Source of the DNA: an uncultured virus (IMG/VR IMGVR_UViG_3300021961_000027) | Lineage: Duplodnaviria; Heunggongvirae; Uroviricota; Caudoviricetes | Reading direction: 5' to 3' (one strand) | DNA length: 64,000 nucleotides | Virus record (IMG/VR): IMGVR_UViG_3300021961_000027 | Notes under the pieces: generated by a model | Databases searched by the model: none | Seen by the model: only the letters and a program-made list of their open reading frames with translations | Told to the model about the DNA's origin: nothing | Program-made: the position numbers and the translations under genes | Shown here: positions 8,639 to 17,243 of the stretch, in pieces | Layout: each line of letters starts with the position of its first letter | Numbering within the stretch: position 1 is the first letter of the stretch

Positions 8639-8836
8639 ATGAGTTCAATAATATTCAAAAACACAAGCTGGTCATCAATATATCTTTTCAATTTAGGATT
8701 TATGTATAGTTATGCTCACATAGGCGATATGGATTATTCTTTTAATTGGAAGAATCATTGGCAAACTTCAAATCAGCGTATTACAGTATTTTCTTTAAAT
8801 GAAAGCAGGGGCCGTTGCTGGGGGAAAAATGTTTGA
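8639..8836 (+). CDS. microprotein (array family)
   Basis: GGAGG RBS; ends RGRCWGKNV. Confidence 0.7.
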   Translation: MSSIIFKNTSWSSIYLFNLGFMYSYAHIGDMDYSFNWKNHWQTSNQRITVFSLNESRGRCWGKNV

Positions 8837-8981
8837 ATATGATCACAAATCATATTGGCTTGCTTACGAAATGTCAAGTACTTTTAGGATAGGATTCTAC
8901 ACAAGTAATAATTTGCGATGTTTTTGGAGCATTTCCTTTGGAAGGTTTAGTTCAAACTGGAGAAATAAGTTTGATTCATAA
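8829..8981 (+). CDS. microprotein (array family)
   Basis: 8-nt overlap; RCFWSISFGRFSSNWRNKFDS. Confidence 0.65.
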   Translation: MFEYDHKSYWLAYEMSSTFRIGFYTSNNLRCFWSISFGRFSSNWRNKFDS

Positions 8982-9147
8982 AATTAATTGCAGATGTACT
9001 AACCCCTGCCGTTCATCATGGATGAGTGGCAGGGGTGCAAGCCCATTGTTTGTTGGGCAAAGATATTTTGCTCCTCTTTTCCACATTCATGTCTATTGGT
9101 GTAGTAGCTTCTGTGGAAGTCAGGGTAGCAATTATCACAAATTTTAA
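8971..9147 (+). CDS. microprotein (array family)
   Basis: TTG start after GGAG; CRCTNPCRSSW...YWCSSFCGS. Confidence 0.55.
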   Translation: MIHKINCRCTNPCRSSWMSGRGASPLFVGQRYFAPLFHIHVYWCSSFCGSQGSNYHKF

Positions 9148-9419
9148 GAAAGTCTGCTTAAAAGGTTAAATAGCTTGCTCAAATTAAATTGTTTAAACTT
9201 AACATCACCTTTTTCAGGAACTTGCACGACTAAATCATTTTCACCGTCTTTATCAAGATCAGAGACGGTGACTGCAAAAGGAGTCAAAGATGACTTGGTG
9301 TCATAGAAAGCAATGTATGCTCCCTTGCCATCCTCTGCCACTATTCCAATTTGCTTGTCGCCTTCTACAACCCAAATTCCAGCAACGCTACCAGATTCTT
9401 TAATGCTAACACTTGCCAT
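9144..9419 (-). CDS. hypothetical protein
   Basis: GAGG RBS before MASVSIKE; beta-rich. Confidence 0.65.
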   Translation of the reverse strand: MASVSIKESGSVAGIWVVEGDKQIGIVAEDGKGAYIAFYDTKSSLTPFAVTVSDLDKDGENDLVVQVPEKGDVKFKQFNLSKLFNLLSRLS

Positions 9420-9426
9420 TTCATCC

Positions 9427-9690
9427 TCACTTCTTAATTGCGGGACCAATTCGTCTTTCAATAAACTCTTTTTCACTTAACTTGCCGTCACGATTGAAAT
9501 CATAGCGACCCATAACATTCCAAAATCCAAGAGGTACCTCATTAAATCCCAATTGCTTGTCACGATTATAATCGTATCTTGATAATAACATTCTAAATTG
9601 GACTTTAAGAGGCACATCTGCTGAGATACTGCCTACTAATAGTATTGACATGAGACAAGCCAATAAAACAATATTAATGTAATTTCTCAT
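9427..9690 (-). CDS. secreted EF-hand protein
   Basis: Signal peptide; DYNRDKQLGFNE and DFNRDGKLSEKE loops. Confidence 0.75.
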   Translation of the reverse strand: MRNYINIVLLACLMSILLVGSISADVPLKVQFRMLLSRYDYNRDKQLGFNEVPLGFWNVMGRYDFNRDGKLSEKEFIERRIGPAIKK

Positions 9691-9787
9691 AATATATTAT
9701 ATCCACTTAGATTACAATAAAAAAATATCAAGGATTGCAAATAAAAATTTATTTTGTAAAATGAAATAATTCAGGAGGAAAGTCACT

Positions 9788-9991
9788 TTGAATCTGCAGG
9801 TGGCCAGCGCATCCGTAAATTTAATCTTCGGCAGAAGTACAGAAAGTTATCAATTTTTGAATTCTTATTGCTGTTGTGAAAGTTTCTTTTTTCATAGAAT
9901 CGGGAGTTTACCATTTAAAAGTTCATATGCCTACAACCATGCGTGGATATCAAACTATATTTGGTCAAGCAATTGGGAGAATCACGGATGA
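9788..9991 (+). CDS. microprotein (array family)
   Basis: AGGAGG RBS + TTG; promoter TTGCAA-N16-TAAAAT at 9735-9762; ends WSSNWENHG. Confidence 0.7.
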   Translation: MNLQVASASVNLIFGRSTESYQFLNSYCCCESFFFHRIGSLPFKSSYAYNHAWISNYIWSSNWENHG

Positions 9992-10254
9992 AAAGAATGT
10001 TTGTTTTTAATTTCTGGGATTCTGTTTTATTTCACTTCCCTTTTTGGGATGAATCTCAAAGTTGCCTGTTTTTAAATGATATAACACATTCTTTTTTTGG
10101 AAAAGATGTTGAAGATAAAAATCATATAAATGAGTCTAAACCCAATACTCATAGTAGTATTTTTGATGGTAATTCATCTGAATTTGAATCAATTGATTTG
10201 TCTTCAAATTTTAATTCTGATTCAGAGTCCCGCACAAATTCTGACTGTTTCTAA
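9988..10254 (+). CDS. Ser/Phe/Asp-rich small protein (array-related)
   Basis: ATGA overlap; Ser-alternating C-terminus NSDSESRTNSDCF. Confidence 0.6.
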   Translation: MKRMFVFNFWDSVLFHFPFWDESQSCLFLNDITHSFFGKDVEDKNHINESKPNTHSSIFDGNSSEFESIDLSSNFNSDSESRTNSDCF

Positions 10255-10276
10255 AATTATTTTTTTTTCAACAAAT

Positions 10277-10304
10277 TTGTTTTTGTGCCCAGAAAATCTA
10301 CCAT
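10277..10304 (+). promoter_or_regulatory. promoter TTGTTT-N16-TACCAT
   Basis: Member of the recurring promoter family; precedes the Sm-like gene. Confidence 0.55.
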
Positions 10305-10369
10305 GATGCCAAGATCTTGCAAAGGTAGTGCGAGTTGCAAGTAATAAAGTAGCACTCAGGAGTTATGAA

Positions 10370-10684
10370 ATGGCTAAGAAAGTTAAAAATGATCTGGTTG
10401 ATTTGAGCGTTGCCAAGGGCGAAGAACTGTCTGAAATCTTGCAAGCCTATATTGGACAACCTCTGGCGATTTTATGCGCCAGATTCAATTATAGAGGCAT
10501 CTTGAGCAAGGTTGGCAACAGCTTTGTAGTCTTGGCGCAAGCTAGGGCTGTAGAAAGCAGCGGTGCGTCAAGTCAAGAAAGACCAAGTAACGAGGATCCG
10601 ATTGGATCTTCTGTTATCATCTCTACAAATGCTATCGAATTGATATATCAGCCTAATTGGTGCTTTGCGCCTTTGGAAGACTAA
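10370..10684 (+). CDS. Sm/LSm-like (Hfq-fold) protein
   Basis: AGGAG RBS; L..YIGQPLAILC..FNYRGIL..V....VVL..A (Sm1-like) and SVIISTNAIELI (Sm2-like). Confidence 0.6.
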   Translation: MAKKVKNDLVDLSVAKGEELSEILQAYIGQPLAILCARFNYRGILSKVGNSFVVLAQARAVESSGASSQERPSNEDPIGSSVIISTNAIELIYQPNWCFAPLED

Positions 10685-10703
10685 TATATCATAAAGCTTT
10701 TCG

Positions 10704-10738
10704 AAAAGGCCTCTGCAATTTTGCAGGGGCCTTTTTTT
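10704..10738 (+). terminator. intrinsic terminator
   Basis: AAAAGGCCTCTGCAA/TTGCAGGGGCCTTTT hairpin plus T tract. Confidence 0.8.
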
Positions 10739-10790
10739 ATTGAATCAAATTACTAATTTGATATAATGAGAGCCCAAAAGGAGAATTGAC

Positions 10791-10955
10791 ATGAATATTT
10801 TTACGATCACAATGTTTTTCATTTTTGCAGTAGGAATTTCATCTGCTTTATTTTTCATCAGAGAAGTTTATAAGTTAGTCAAAAGAGAAGAAGAAGTAGC
10901 TGCTAGATTACGAGAGATGTCAGATAATTTAGAAAAGAAATTACACACCTCATGA
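10791..10955 (+). CDS. small membrane protein with coiled coil
   Basis: AAGGAG RBS, TTGAAT-N16-TATAAT promoter upstream. Confidence 0.65.
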   Translation: MNIFTITMFFIFAVGISSALFFIREVYKLVKREEEVAARLREMSDNLEKKLHTS

Positions 10956-11134
10956 AAAGAATTCACCAAAGTCTTTGGAATGAAACTAGTTTAGCGTCTA
11001 CCATGACGAGTTCTAGAAACTTTACCAAAATATTAAAAAAGTCATTGTTATTTACTCATCAAGTATATTTGACCTATAGTTTTAATGAGAGAGCTGATTC
11101 ACAACATTGGTACAACAAGTTGTTTTTCAAATGA
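10952..11134 (+). CDS. microprotein (array family)
   Basis: ATGA overlap; Ser/Thr-rich, SQHWYNK. Confidence 0.55.
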   Translation: MKRIHQSLWNETSLASTMTSSRNFTKILKKSLLFTHQVYLTYSFNERADSQHWYNKLFFK

Positions 11135-11229
11135 AACTGATTCGAAAAACAAATAAAGTAAAAAAATCACATTTATTTTCTGCCGGAATGTATTCGAGTA
11201 TTTGGAAAAAGTTTCCTAACAAAGTAAAA

Positions 11230-11754
11230 TCATAAATTATTTTTAATATACTTATAAACAGTCATTGCCTCTTCCAAAGCATTTTTCATTTCAACATCTA
11301 AAGTTAAAGTTGATATTGGCAATTTTTTAACCTTTTCAATTACTTCTCCAAGTTCATTATTCTTTTTGGGTATTGCCCCCATAAACAATTCTACTTCAAA
11401 ATAATTTTTTCTTTTATCAAAAGCGTTCATATATTTTTTAGCAGCTTCAGTTTTTGATTTAAGTTCAAGCAAAAGATCATTTCTATATTGATTGTTTCGT
11501 TGTGCAACTTGATAAACTTCCTCTGACTCAAATCTATACTTTTTGGCAGATTGAAGTTCTGCGAAAGCTTCATTATAAAGTTTCATAGCTTCAATTTTTA
11601 AATTTTCTGGAGAATCCGATTTAAGTTTTTCTATTTCTTTCTTTTGTGTTATATTTTCTTTATATAACTTGTTGTAATCACTTTGGCTGTAAAGAAGAAA
11701 TAAAGAAAATGGAATAGCAGTCAAAAAGCAAGACAATTTATGTGAAACTTTCAT
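11230..11754 (-). CDS. membrane-anchored coiled-coil protein
   Basis: N-terminal hydrophobic segment, AAGGAG RBS. Confidence 0.7.
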   Translation of the reverse strand: MKVSHKLSCFLTAIPFSLFLLYSQSDYNKLYKENITQKKEIEKLKSDSPENLKIEAMKLYNEAFAELQSAKKYRFESEEVYQVAQRNNQYRNDLLLELKSKTEAAKKYMNAFDKRKNYFEVELFMGAIPKKNNELGEVIEKVKKLPISTLTLDVEMKNALEEAMTVYKYIKNNL

Positions 11755-11766
11755 AAACGACTCCTT

Positions 11767-12045
11767 TCATTCACTTATATCTGTATCTAAACACTCCCAT
11801 AGATCTTCGTTGTATTCATCAGAACATCCATCTCTTTCAGTATTATTTTTATGATTCTCAATTGCTTCACGCAGAATAATAATTTGCTTTTCTGCTTTTT
11901 GCATAATATCGAGGCCTTCATCTATAAAAAACTGCATTCTAATTAAATTCTTTTTCATAGATGATAATTCATCAACTAGTTTTTGAATAATAGGGTTTTC
12001 ATAATTTTCTTTTTTTATTGCTTCAAGTTCTTTTTTGCTTAACAT
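11767..12045 (-). CDS. hypothetical coiled-coil protein
   Basis: 92 aa ORF with GGAG RBS. Confidence 0.7.
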   Translation of the reverse strand: MLSKKELEAIKKENYENPIIQKLVDELSSMKKNLIRMQFFIDEGLDIMQKAEKQIIILREAIENHKNNTERDGCSDEYNEDLWECLDTDISE

Positions 12046-12099
12046 GATGCCTTGCTCCGTGTGTCACCTTTATTTTAGGCTTGGAGCAGCAAATAATCT

Positions 12100-12819
12100 T
12101 TATTCTGGCTCCATTAAATTTGGAGCTTGTCCAGATGTTTGGGATGGGTGGAATAGGAAGCCTTGGCCTAAAGGCGCTTTTACTTTTGGGTCGCTCGGGG
12201 AATAAGATCCATCAGCAACTCTTTCAGCACCGCCTAATTTATACAAAGCGGGTTTAACAAATGCATGGAAAATAATCCATCCAATTAATGGAGATATTCC
12301 CAACAAATCTCTCGCTCCCACAGGAGACATTGCTATAACAGGACCAACCCAAAAAATAATAATTTGAACCATGCCAGAACCAGTTACAGAATCTCTCAAC
12401 AATACTAATGCAGCATTGAGCAAATCTATAAGTGCTATAAAAAAGTATTTTATTATAGCCCATACAGCCTTCATAAAAGGAGAGTTTAAAGCAGTTTTAA
12501 TTTTATCAAAAAAACCTTCTTTTAAAACCTTTATATTATCAAAAAAGTTAAATCCTTCCAATAAACTAAGAGGATAATTTTCTTTTGAGTATGGTTCTGT
12601 TTTTGTTTTCAAATCTTGTAGAATTTGATTTGCTCTCTGCCCAACATTTTTTGGAATATTTCTAGGATTTATTACTGATTTTGCTTTATTTATGGCGTTG
12701 GATATTTGACCTTTTAAAGAATCTAAAATTCCTTTTTCCTCTGGCTTTATTTGCTCAGAAAGAATTTCAAGTTCTTGGTATAAATGTGACTCATATATAA
12801 AAAGACGTAATCCGTTCAT
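12100..12819 (-). CDS. membrane protein, putative late gene
   Basis: TM segments, EGFFDKIK motif, TAAATA 4 nt upstream of ATG. Confidence 0.65.
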   Translation of the reverse strand: MNGLRLFIYESHLYQELEILSEQIKPEEKGILDSLKGQISNAINKAKSVINPRNIPKNVGQRANQILQDLKTKTEPYSKENYPLSLLEGFNFFDNIKVLKEGFFDKIKTALNSPFMKAVWAIIKYFFIALIDLLNAALVLLRDSVTGSGMVQIIIFWVGPVIAMSPVGARDLLGISPLIGWIIFHAFVKPALYKLGGAERVADGSYSPSDPKVKAPLGQGFLFHPSQTSGQAPNLMEPE

Positions 12820-12860
12820 ACTTTATTTATTTGTCAACACTAAATAAATCTGGAGGGAAT

Positions 12861-12974
12861 ATGGAAAACAATAAAGAAAATAAGAAATTCATGACATTCA
12901 AGGAATATGTCATGAATAAGAAAAAACCAACAAAAACACCGATGGGCAAAGATAAACCTGTCATGAAAGAGTGA
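12861..12974 (+). CDS. small protein with MTFKEY motif
   Basis: TAAATA at 12841, GGAGG RBS; MENNKENKKFMTFKEYV. Confidence 0.55.
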   Translation: MENNKENKKFMTFKEYVMNKKKPTKTPMGKDKPVMKE

Positions 12975-12997
12975 GGGAAAATGTAATTTACCGTTGG

Positions 12998-13354
12998 TCA
13001 ACGGTCAAAACTTACTTTACCCATCTTTACGGTTCCCTTAATATTTGTATCGTCTAATCCTTGTGCTCTTGCAGCAGCTTTGATTGCTTGTATTTCAGCA
13101 TCAGATCTGAGCATTCTTTTGCCAAGAGCAGACTTATATTTGGGTTCATTCGCATTCTTTTGAATGAACTCTTGAACTGCTTGATTATAATCAAATCCAG
13201 AAGAAGGCATATTTTTTTGTGCCATCTTTGATGCTGCTCCGCCTACTCCTAGTGCTGCTGCTGCCCCTAGTGCAGAACCAATAGCCCAATTTTTCCATCC
13301 TTCAACTGTTAGTTCTGGATGTTTTTCTAAAACAAATTCAGAAAATAATTTCAT
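12998..13354 (-). CDS. hypothetical protein, putative virion-internal
   Basis: MKLFSEFVLE...EGWKNWAIGSALGAAAALG. Confidence 0.7.
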   Translation of the reverse strand: MKLFSEFVLEKHPELTVEGWKNWAIGSALGAAAALGVGGAASKMAQKNMPSSGFDYNQAVQEFIQKNANEPKYKSALGKRMLRSDAEIQAIKAAARAQGLDDTNIKGTVKMGKVSFDR

Positions 13355-13614
13355 TAGCGCATCTCCGCAGTTAACCAGTTAAAAACTTCTTCCACATCGT
13401 CTTTTGAAGTTGCTATGTGATCATTAGCCCAATCGTGCCCATTTCTAAGCATCTCATCAACTTTCATAGGGCACATAGACAACATTGCGTCTACTCTATC
13501 TTTAATTGTGCGTAAATTGTTAAAAAACATGTAATGTTGAATACCATCACACTCTTGGTATTGTTGCTCATTTATAACGCCAGCAAGAAGCAAGGTTTTT
13601 TTATCTAATTTCAT
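13354..13614 (-). CDS. conserved-looking phage protein
   Basis: LLLAGVINE; YMFFNNL...GHDWANDHIATSKDDVEEVF. Confidence 0.7.
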   Translation of the reverse strand: MKLDKKTLLLAGVINEQQYQECDGIQHYMFFNNLRTIKDRVDAMLSMCPMKVDEMLRNGHDWANDHIATSKDDVEEVFNWLTAEMR

Positions 13615-13686
13615 GGAATACTCCAATTTGAACTAATTTATATATTCAAAAAATTTTGAATTCTATTATCTTAAAGCGGAGGATTT

Positions 13687-13824
13687 ATGGAAAATAATGA
13701 TGACAAAAAAATGTTTTTACAAGATATCAGTGCATTTTGCATCGGAGCTATCCCTGTAATTGCTATAGTTTGGTCTCTTACTGCAAGAATTGTATTTTAT
13801 ATTTTGAGAGGTATGTGGGAATAG
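13687..13824 (+). CDS. small membrane protein
   Basis: GGAGG RBS, single TM. Confidence 0.55.
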   Translation: MENNDDKKMFLQDISAFCIGAIPVIAIVWSLTARIVFYILRGMWE

Positions 13825-13880
13825 AAGTATTATACTAAATTTTTATATTTGTATTGTAAATACTGTATAGTAGGTGCAAT

Positions 13881-14546
13881 ATGATATTAAATTTTAAACA
13901 GTTTTTTATTGAATCATTTCGAGATGATGAAAGATTTAGAGATAGACCAGAAACTCAAAACCAAGATTATAACAAAAGAATTGCTGCAGGTCTAAAAGCT
14001 GAAAAGAAAATTATTAAAGAGCTTATGAAATGCCCAGGATTGAAAAGCAAAGGATTTACTGTAGAAGAAAGTGCTCCCGGAGTTGACATAAGCGAAGGAA
14101 TTGATGCTTGGCTAATAAAAGACGGAAATCGTGTCGGAGTACAAGTAAAGCACAGAGAGTCTAGCGGAGATGACATAGCTTTAGAAATGATTAGAAGTTT
14201 AGATTTAAAAACAGGCAAAACATTAGTCGTTGGCAGAGATAACAAAGAAGCAGCAAGAGGCGCTAAATATTTTGCTGTAGCAAACAGATCAAAAACCATT
14301 GTTGAAATAGTAAGTGCAGATGATGCTAGAGATTATGCAAATCAAGTACTTAGAGAAGCTTTAAGAGATAGAGACTTCATGACTCCATCTGCTAGAGGAT
14401 CTAAAACTTATAGATCTCACTTTGAAGGACATCGAGTTGAGATTAAAATGACAACAGATAGAGACATGGTGACACCAAAAATTATGGCATATATTCCTTT
14501 AGATTTGTGTCAAACCTTTACAAGTTGCCCCTTGAACATTCGCTAG
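13881..14546 (+). CDS. PD-(D/E)XK nuclease-like protein
   Basis: G..AE, D...GIDAW, VQVKHR; N-terminal LNFKQFFIE. Confidence 0.6.
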   Translation: MILNFKQFFIESFRDDERFRDRPETQNQDYNKRIAAGLKAEKKIIKELMKCPGLKSKGFTVEESAPGVDISEGIDAWLIKDGNRVGVQVKHRESSGDDIALEMIRSLDLKTGKTLVVGRDNKEAARGAKYFAVANRSKTIVEIVSADDARDYANQVLREALRDRDFMTPSARGSKTYRSHFEGHRVEIKMTTDRDMVTPKIMAYIPLDLCQTFTSCPLNIR

Positions 14547-14591
14547 TTTTTTCAAAAATTCCCTCTACAATGGACAGACAGGAGGGATAAA

Positions 14592-14876
14592 ATGATTTTT
14601 ATAAATTCAACTGGCATTGGTTCTTGGCACTTTCAAGACAAAAGACACAGTTGGCTTATATCTGTTATAAATCAAATTCATAGAAGAACTTTAGAGCAAA
14701 GTGAAGAATTACTAGCATCTACTAATTCAACAAATTTTAAATTAGCAGGGGGCGGAACAAGCGACCACTTCAACAACAATTTAAGAGTTGCATCATTTTG
14801 GTCATTTGATTGTAATAACGAAAATCAAAAATGCTTCTCTGATCATTGGGGGTCTTCATGGAATGTAAAGAATTAA
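14592..14876 (+). CDS. Ser/Trp/Asn-rich small protein (array family, own transcription unit)
   Basis: TAGTTT-N16-TACAAT promoter at 14544-14571, GGAGG RBS, ends WGSSWNVKN. Confidence 0.7.
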   Translation: MIFINSTGIGSWHFQDKRHSWLISVINQIHRRTLEQSEELLASTNSTNFKLAGGGTSDHFNNNLRVASFWSFDCNNENQKCFSDHWGSSWNVKN

Positions 14877-14903
14877 TATTGTAAAAAAAATAGCTTAAAT
14901 ACT

Positions 14904-14936
14904 AAAAAGCCCCTTATGAAATACATAAGGGGCTTT
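14904..14936. terminator. bidirectional terminator
   Basis: AAAGCCCCTTATG/CATAAGGGGCTTT between convergent genes. Confidence 0.75.
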
Positions 14937-14950
14937 AAGTGTTTAATTCT

Positions 14951-15271
14951 TTAAATATTTAAGTCTTTAAATAAATTTTTTAATTCTTCGTCTTCTTCAT
15001 CTTCTGATGAATTTCTATCCAATTTTTTTAATACATCTTGCAAATCTTTGTCATTTTCAATATTTTCTAAATCAAAATTTTCCTGCGGACTATACGGCCA
15101 ATATAAAAATTTAAGTATATCTCCCTCTTTTTTCTTTTTATTTTTTCTGGTAAATTTTTTTTGAAAAGAATTAGAAGAATTTTTTATTGATTGTACAGAT
15201 TCCAAAAGCAATCCCTCTGGGGGATTAATTTCTATCATTGGAGAGGCAATAAATGAAATGTTCTGGAACAT
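14951..15271 (-). CDS. hypothetical protein
   Basis: AGGAG RBS, 106 aa. Confidence 0.6.
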   Translation of the reverse strand: MFQNISFIASPMIEINPPEGLLLESVQSIKNSSNSFQKKFTRKNKKKKEGDILKFLYWPYSPQENFDLENIENDKDLQDVLKKLDRNSSEDEEDEELKNLFKDLNI

Positions 15272-15470
15272 GGTGTAACTCCTGTAACTGGATGATAGGA
15301 TGCCACAATTGGCAACATTATTTAAACAACATCAAATGCCTAATTCAAGTAATTTTAGGAAAATTATTTTATTATTTATTTGTTTTCCCTCTTTGAAAAT
15401 TAATTAAACACTATGTCTTGTTTGTTATAAATTTTTTCATATAATTATCTCAAACTTGAGGAGAATGAAT

Positions 15471-16142
15471 ATGAACAAGATTTTAGTCATAGACAGCGAA
15501 ACAACTGGCGTGGATGTTTTTAGAAATCGCATGATATCATTTTCCGCAAATATTTATGAGGAAAATGATCAGCCAAATAATCCCAGAGAAAGATTTAATT
15601 TTATATTTACCGACTATCGTGAAGGATATGTTGAACCAGCAGCATTAAAAGTAAATAAGTTTCTTTTAGGAGGAGGAATGTCGGTTGATATGACTGCTCC
15701 CAAACACCATCAAGGTAGTACTATTGATTTTGTTAATCAGTTTACTGATTTTGTAAATATAAATTTAACCAAGAATGACTATGTTTTAGGATACAATGTA
15801 TGTTTCGATTTAATGTTTCTAAAAATGGCATTCGAAAGATGCAATGTAAACGGACAATCCTTATTACCACATAAAGTAATTGATGTTTTTGCTTTAGTGA
15901 ATACTTTCGTTTTGGCCGGAATATTTTCTCCCGCACCTAAGTATGTAAACGCCGAAACAATCTATAAAATGTATGGCATTGTTAGTACAGGTATTCATGC
16001 CGCATGGAAAGATATTGAAATGACCTTCAATTTGTTCCAATGCGTGAAAATTCAACTTGAAACTTTACAGAAAACATTTATAAAAATTAACACAGAATCA
16101 TTTGAGCCAAAAACAACTATTTCTTACAATGAATCAGCGTAA
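15471..16142 (+). CDS. DEDDh 3'-5' exonuclease (DnaQ-like)
   Basis: IDSETTG, GYNVCFD, HAAWKD motifs. Confidence 0.85.
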   Translation: MNKILVIDSETTGVDVFRNRMISFSANIYEENDQPNNPRERFNFIFTDYREGYVEPAALKVNKFLLGGGMSVDMTAPKHHQGSTIDFVNQFTDFVNINLTKNDYVLGYNVCFDLMFLKMAFERCNVNGQSLLPHKVIDVFALVNTFVLAGIFSPAPKYVNAETIYKMYGIVSTGIHAAWKDIEMTFNLFQCVKIQLETLQKTFIKINTESFEPKTTISYNESA

Positions 16143-16172
16143 GATCTTGAAATTTTTTTAAGGATAGATAAC

Positions 16173-17135
16173 ATGCCTTATAGCGATCCAGAGAAAAAAA
16201 GAGCAGCAGACAGAGCCAATTACTTAAAAAATAAGGAGAAAAGAAAGCAGAAAGCTAGAAACTACTACCAAAATAATCCAGAAAAAATAAAAGAATATCG
16301 CAATCGACCAAAAGTGAAAGCGAAAAAGAGGCTGCACGATTTGAAGTACGCAGCGAATCATCGACCAGAGGCTCTTGCTAGGTCGAAGGCGCATTACGAG
16401 AAAAACAGAGATCAAATAAATAAAGACCTGCGGGAAAGATATGCTACTGATGACGAGTATAGGAAAGAATGTATTCGGCGTACTAGAGAAAGATTAGAAG
16501 AAAATAAGGATCAAATTAACGCACAGAGGCGAGAGCTTCATAAATTGAATCCTTCTATAAAAAGGGAGCAACAAAGATTGTGGAGAGAGAAAAATCCAAA
16601 TAAAGTACGGCAAAACTCTAAGCGCAATTACGAGAAACATAGAAAGTCTCGTCTTTTGCGAATGAAAGCATACAATCAACTTAATTCTGAAAATCGAAGA
16701 AAATATTTAAGAGAATACAAAAAATTGCGTAAACAAATTGATATGAATTTTAAGTTTGCGATAACTTACTGTTCCAGAATTAGATCTGCTATTAAAAACC
16801 AAGGCGGTATTAAATCTCATAAAAGTATGTCTTTAATTGGTTGTACTGTTGATTATCTAATATTTTGGATAGAAATGCAGTTCACATCTGATATGAATTG
16901 GGATAATCACGGAATTTTATGGCATATTGATCACATAAAGCCTGTTTCCCATTTCAATTTAAAAAACGAGTTTGAACAAATAAATTGTTTCCACTTCAGC
17001 AATATGAGGCCTCTAGCCAAATCTGTGAATATGTCCGAGGGCAATAGGCGTACTGAAGATGAAATAAAAAAAATTAAAAAAGAAATATTAGAGTTGATGA
17101 TATCAAAAGGAGTCTATGATGCAGAGTATTGTTAA
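16173..17135 (+). CDS. HNH endonuclease with long basic helical N-terminus (probable homing endonuclease)
   Basis: MNWDNHG..WHIDHIKP..F, CFHFSNMRPL...N. Confidence 0.8.
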   Translation: MPYSDPEKKRAADRANYLKNKEKRKQKARNYYQNNPEKIKEYRNRPKVKAKKRLHDLKYAANHRPEALARSKAHYEKNRDQINKDLRERYATDDEYRKECIRRTRERLEENKDQINAQRRELHKLNPSIKREQQRLWREKNPNKVRQNSKRNYEKHRKSRLLRMKAYNQLNSENRRKYLREYKKLRKQIDMNFKFAITYCSRIRSAIKNQGGIKSHKSMSLIGCTVDYLIFWIEMQFTSDMNWDNHGILWHIDHIKPVSHFNLKNEFEQINCFHFSNMRPLAKSVNMSEGNRRTEDEIKKIKKEILELMISKGVYDAEYC

Positions 17136-17243
17136 GCCGATGCCAGAGTGGGATGGTTATTATCCGAAAAAGATTTGGAAGTACTTAGATGAACAAATCA
17201 AAATAAGCAATAAATTATTTGCAAATACTACATAATATTTAAA

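Noticed and set aside
261..9147. Stop-codon recoding or a single long gene hidden under the micro-ORFs
   Set aside because: The alternative frame I translated (261-491) contains both TAA and TAG, long genes elsewhere end normally at all three stops, and the start/stop overlaps fit code 11
2489..14876. CRISPR array or diversity-generating retroelement explaining the variable cassettes
   Set aside because: No repeated DNA unit between cassettes, no template/variable repeat pair, and no cas or reverse transcriptase gene seen in the window
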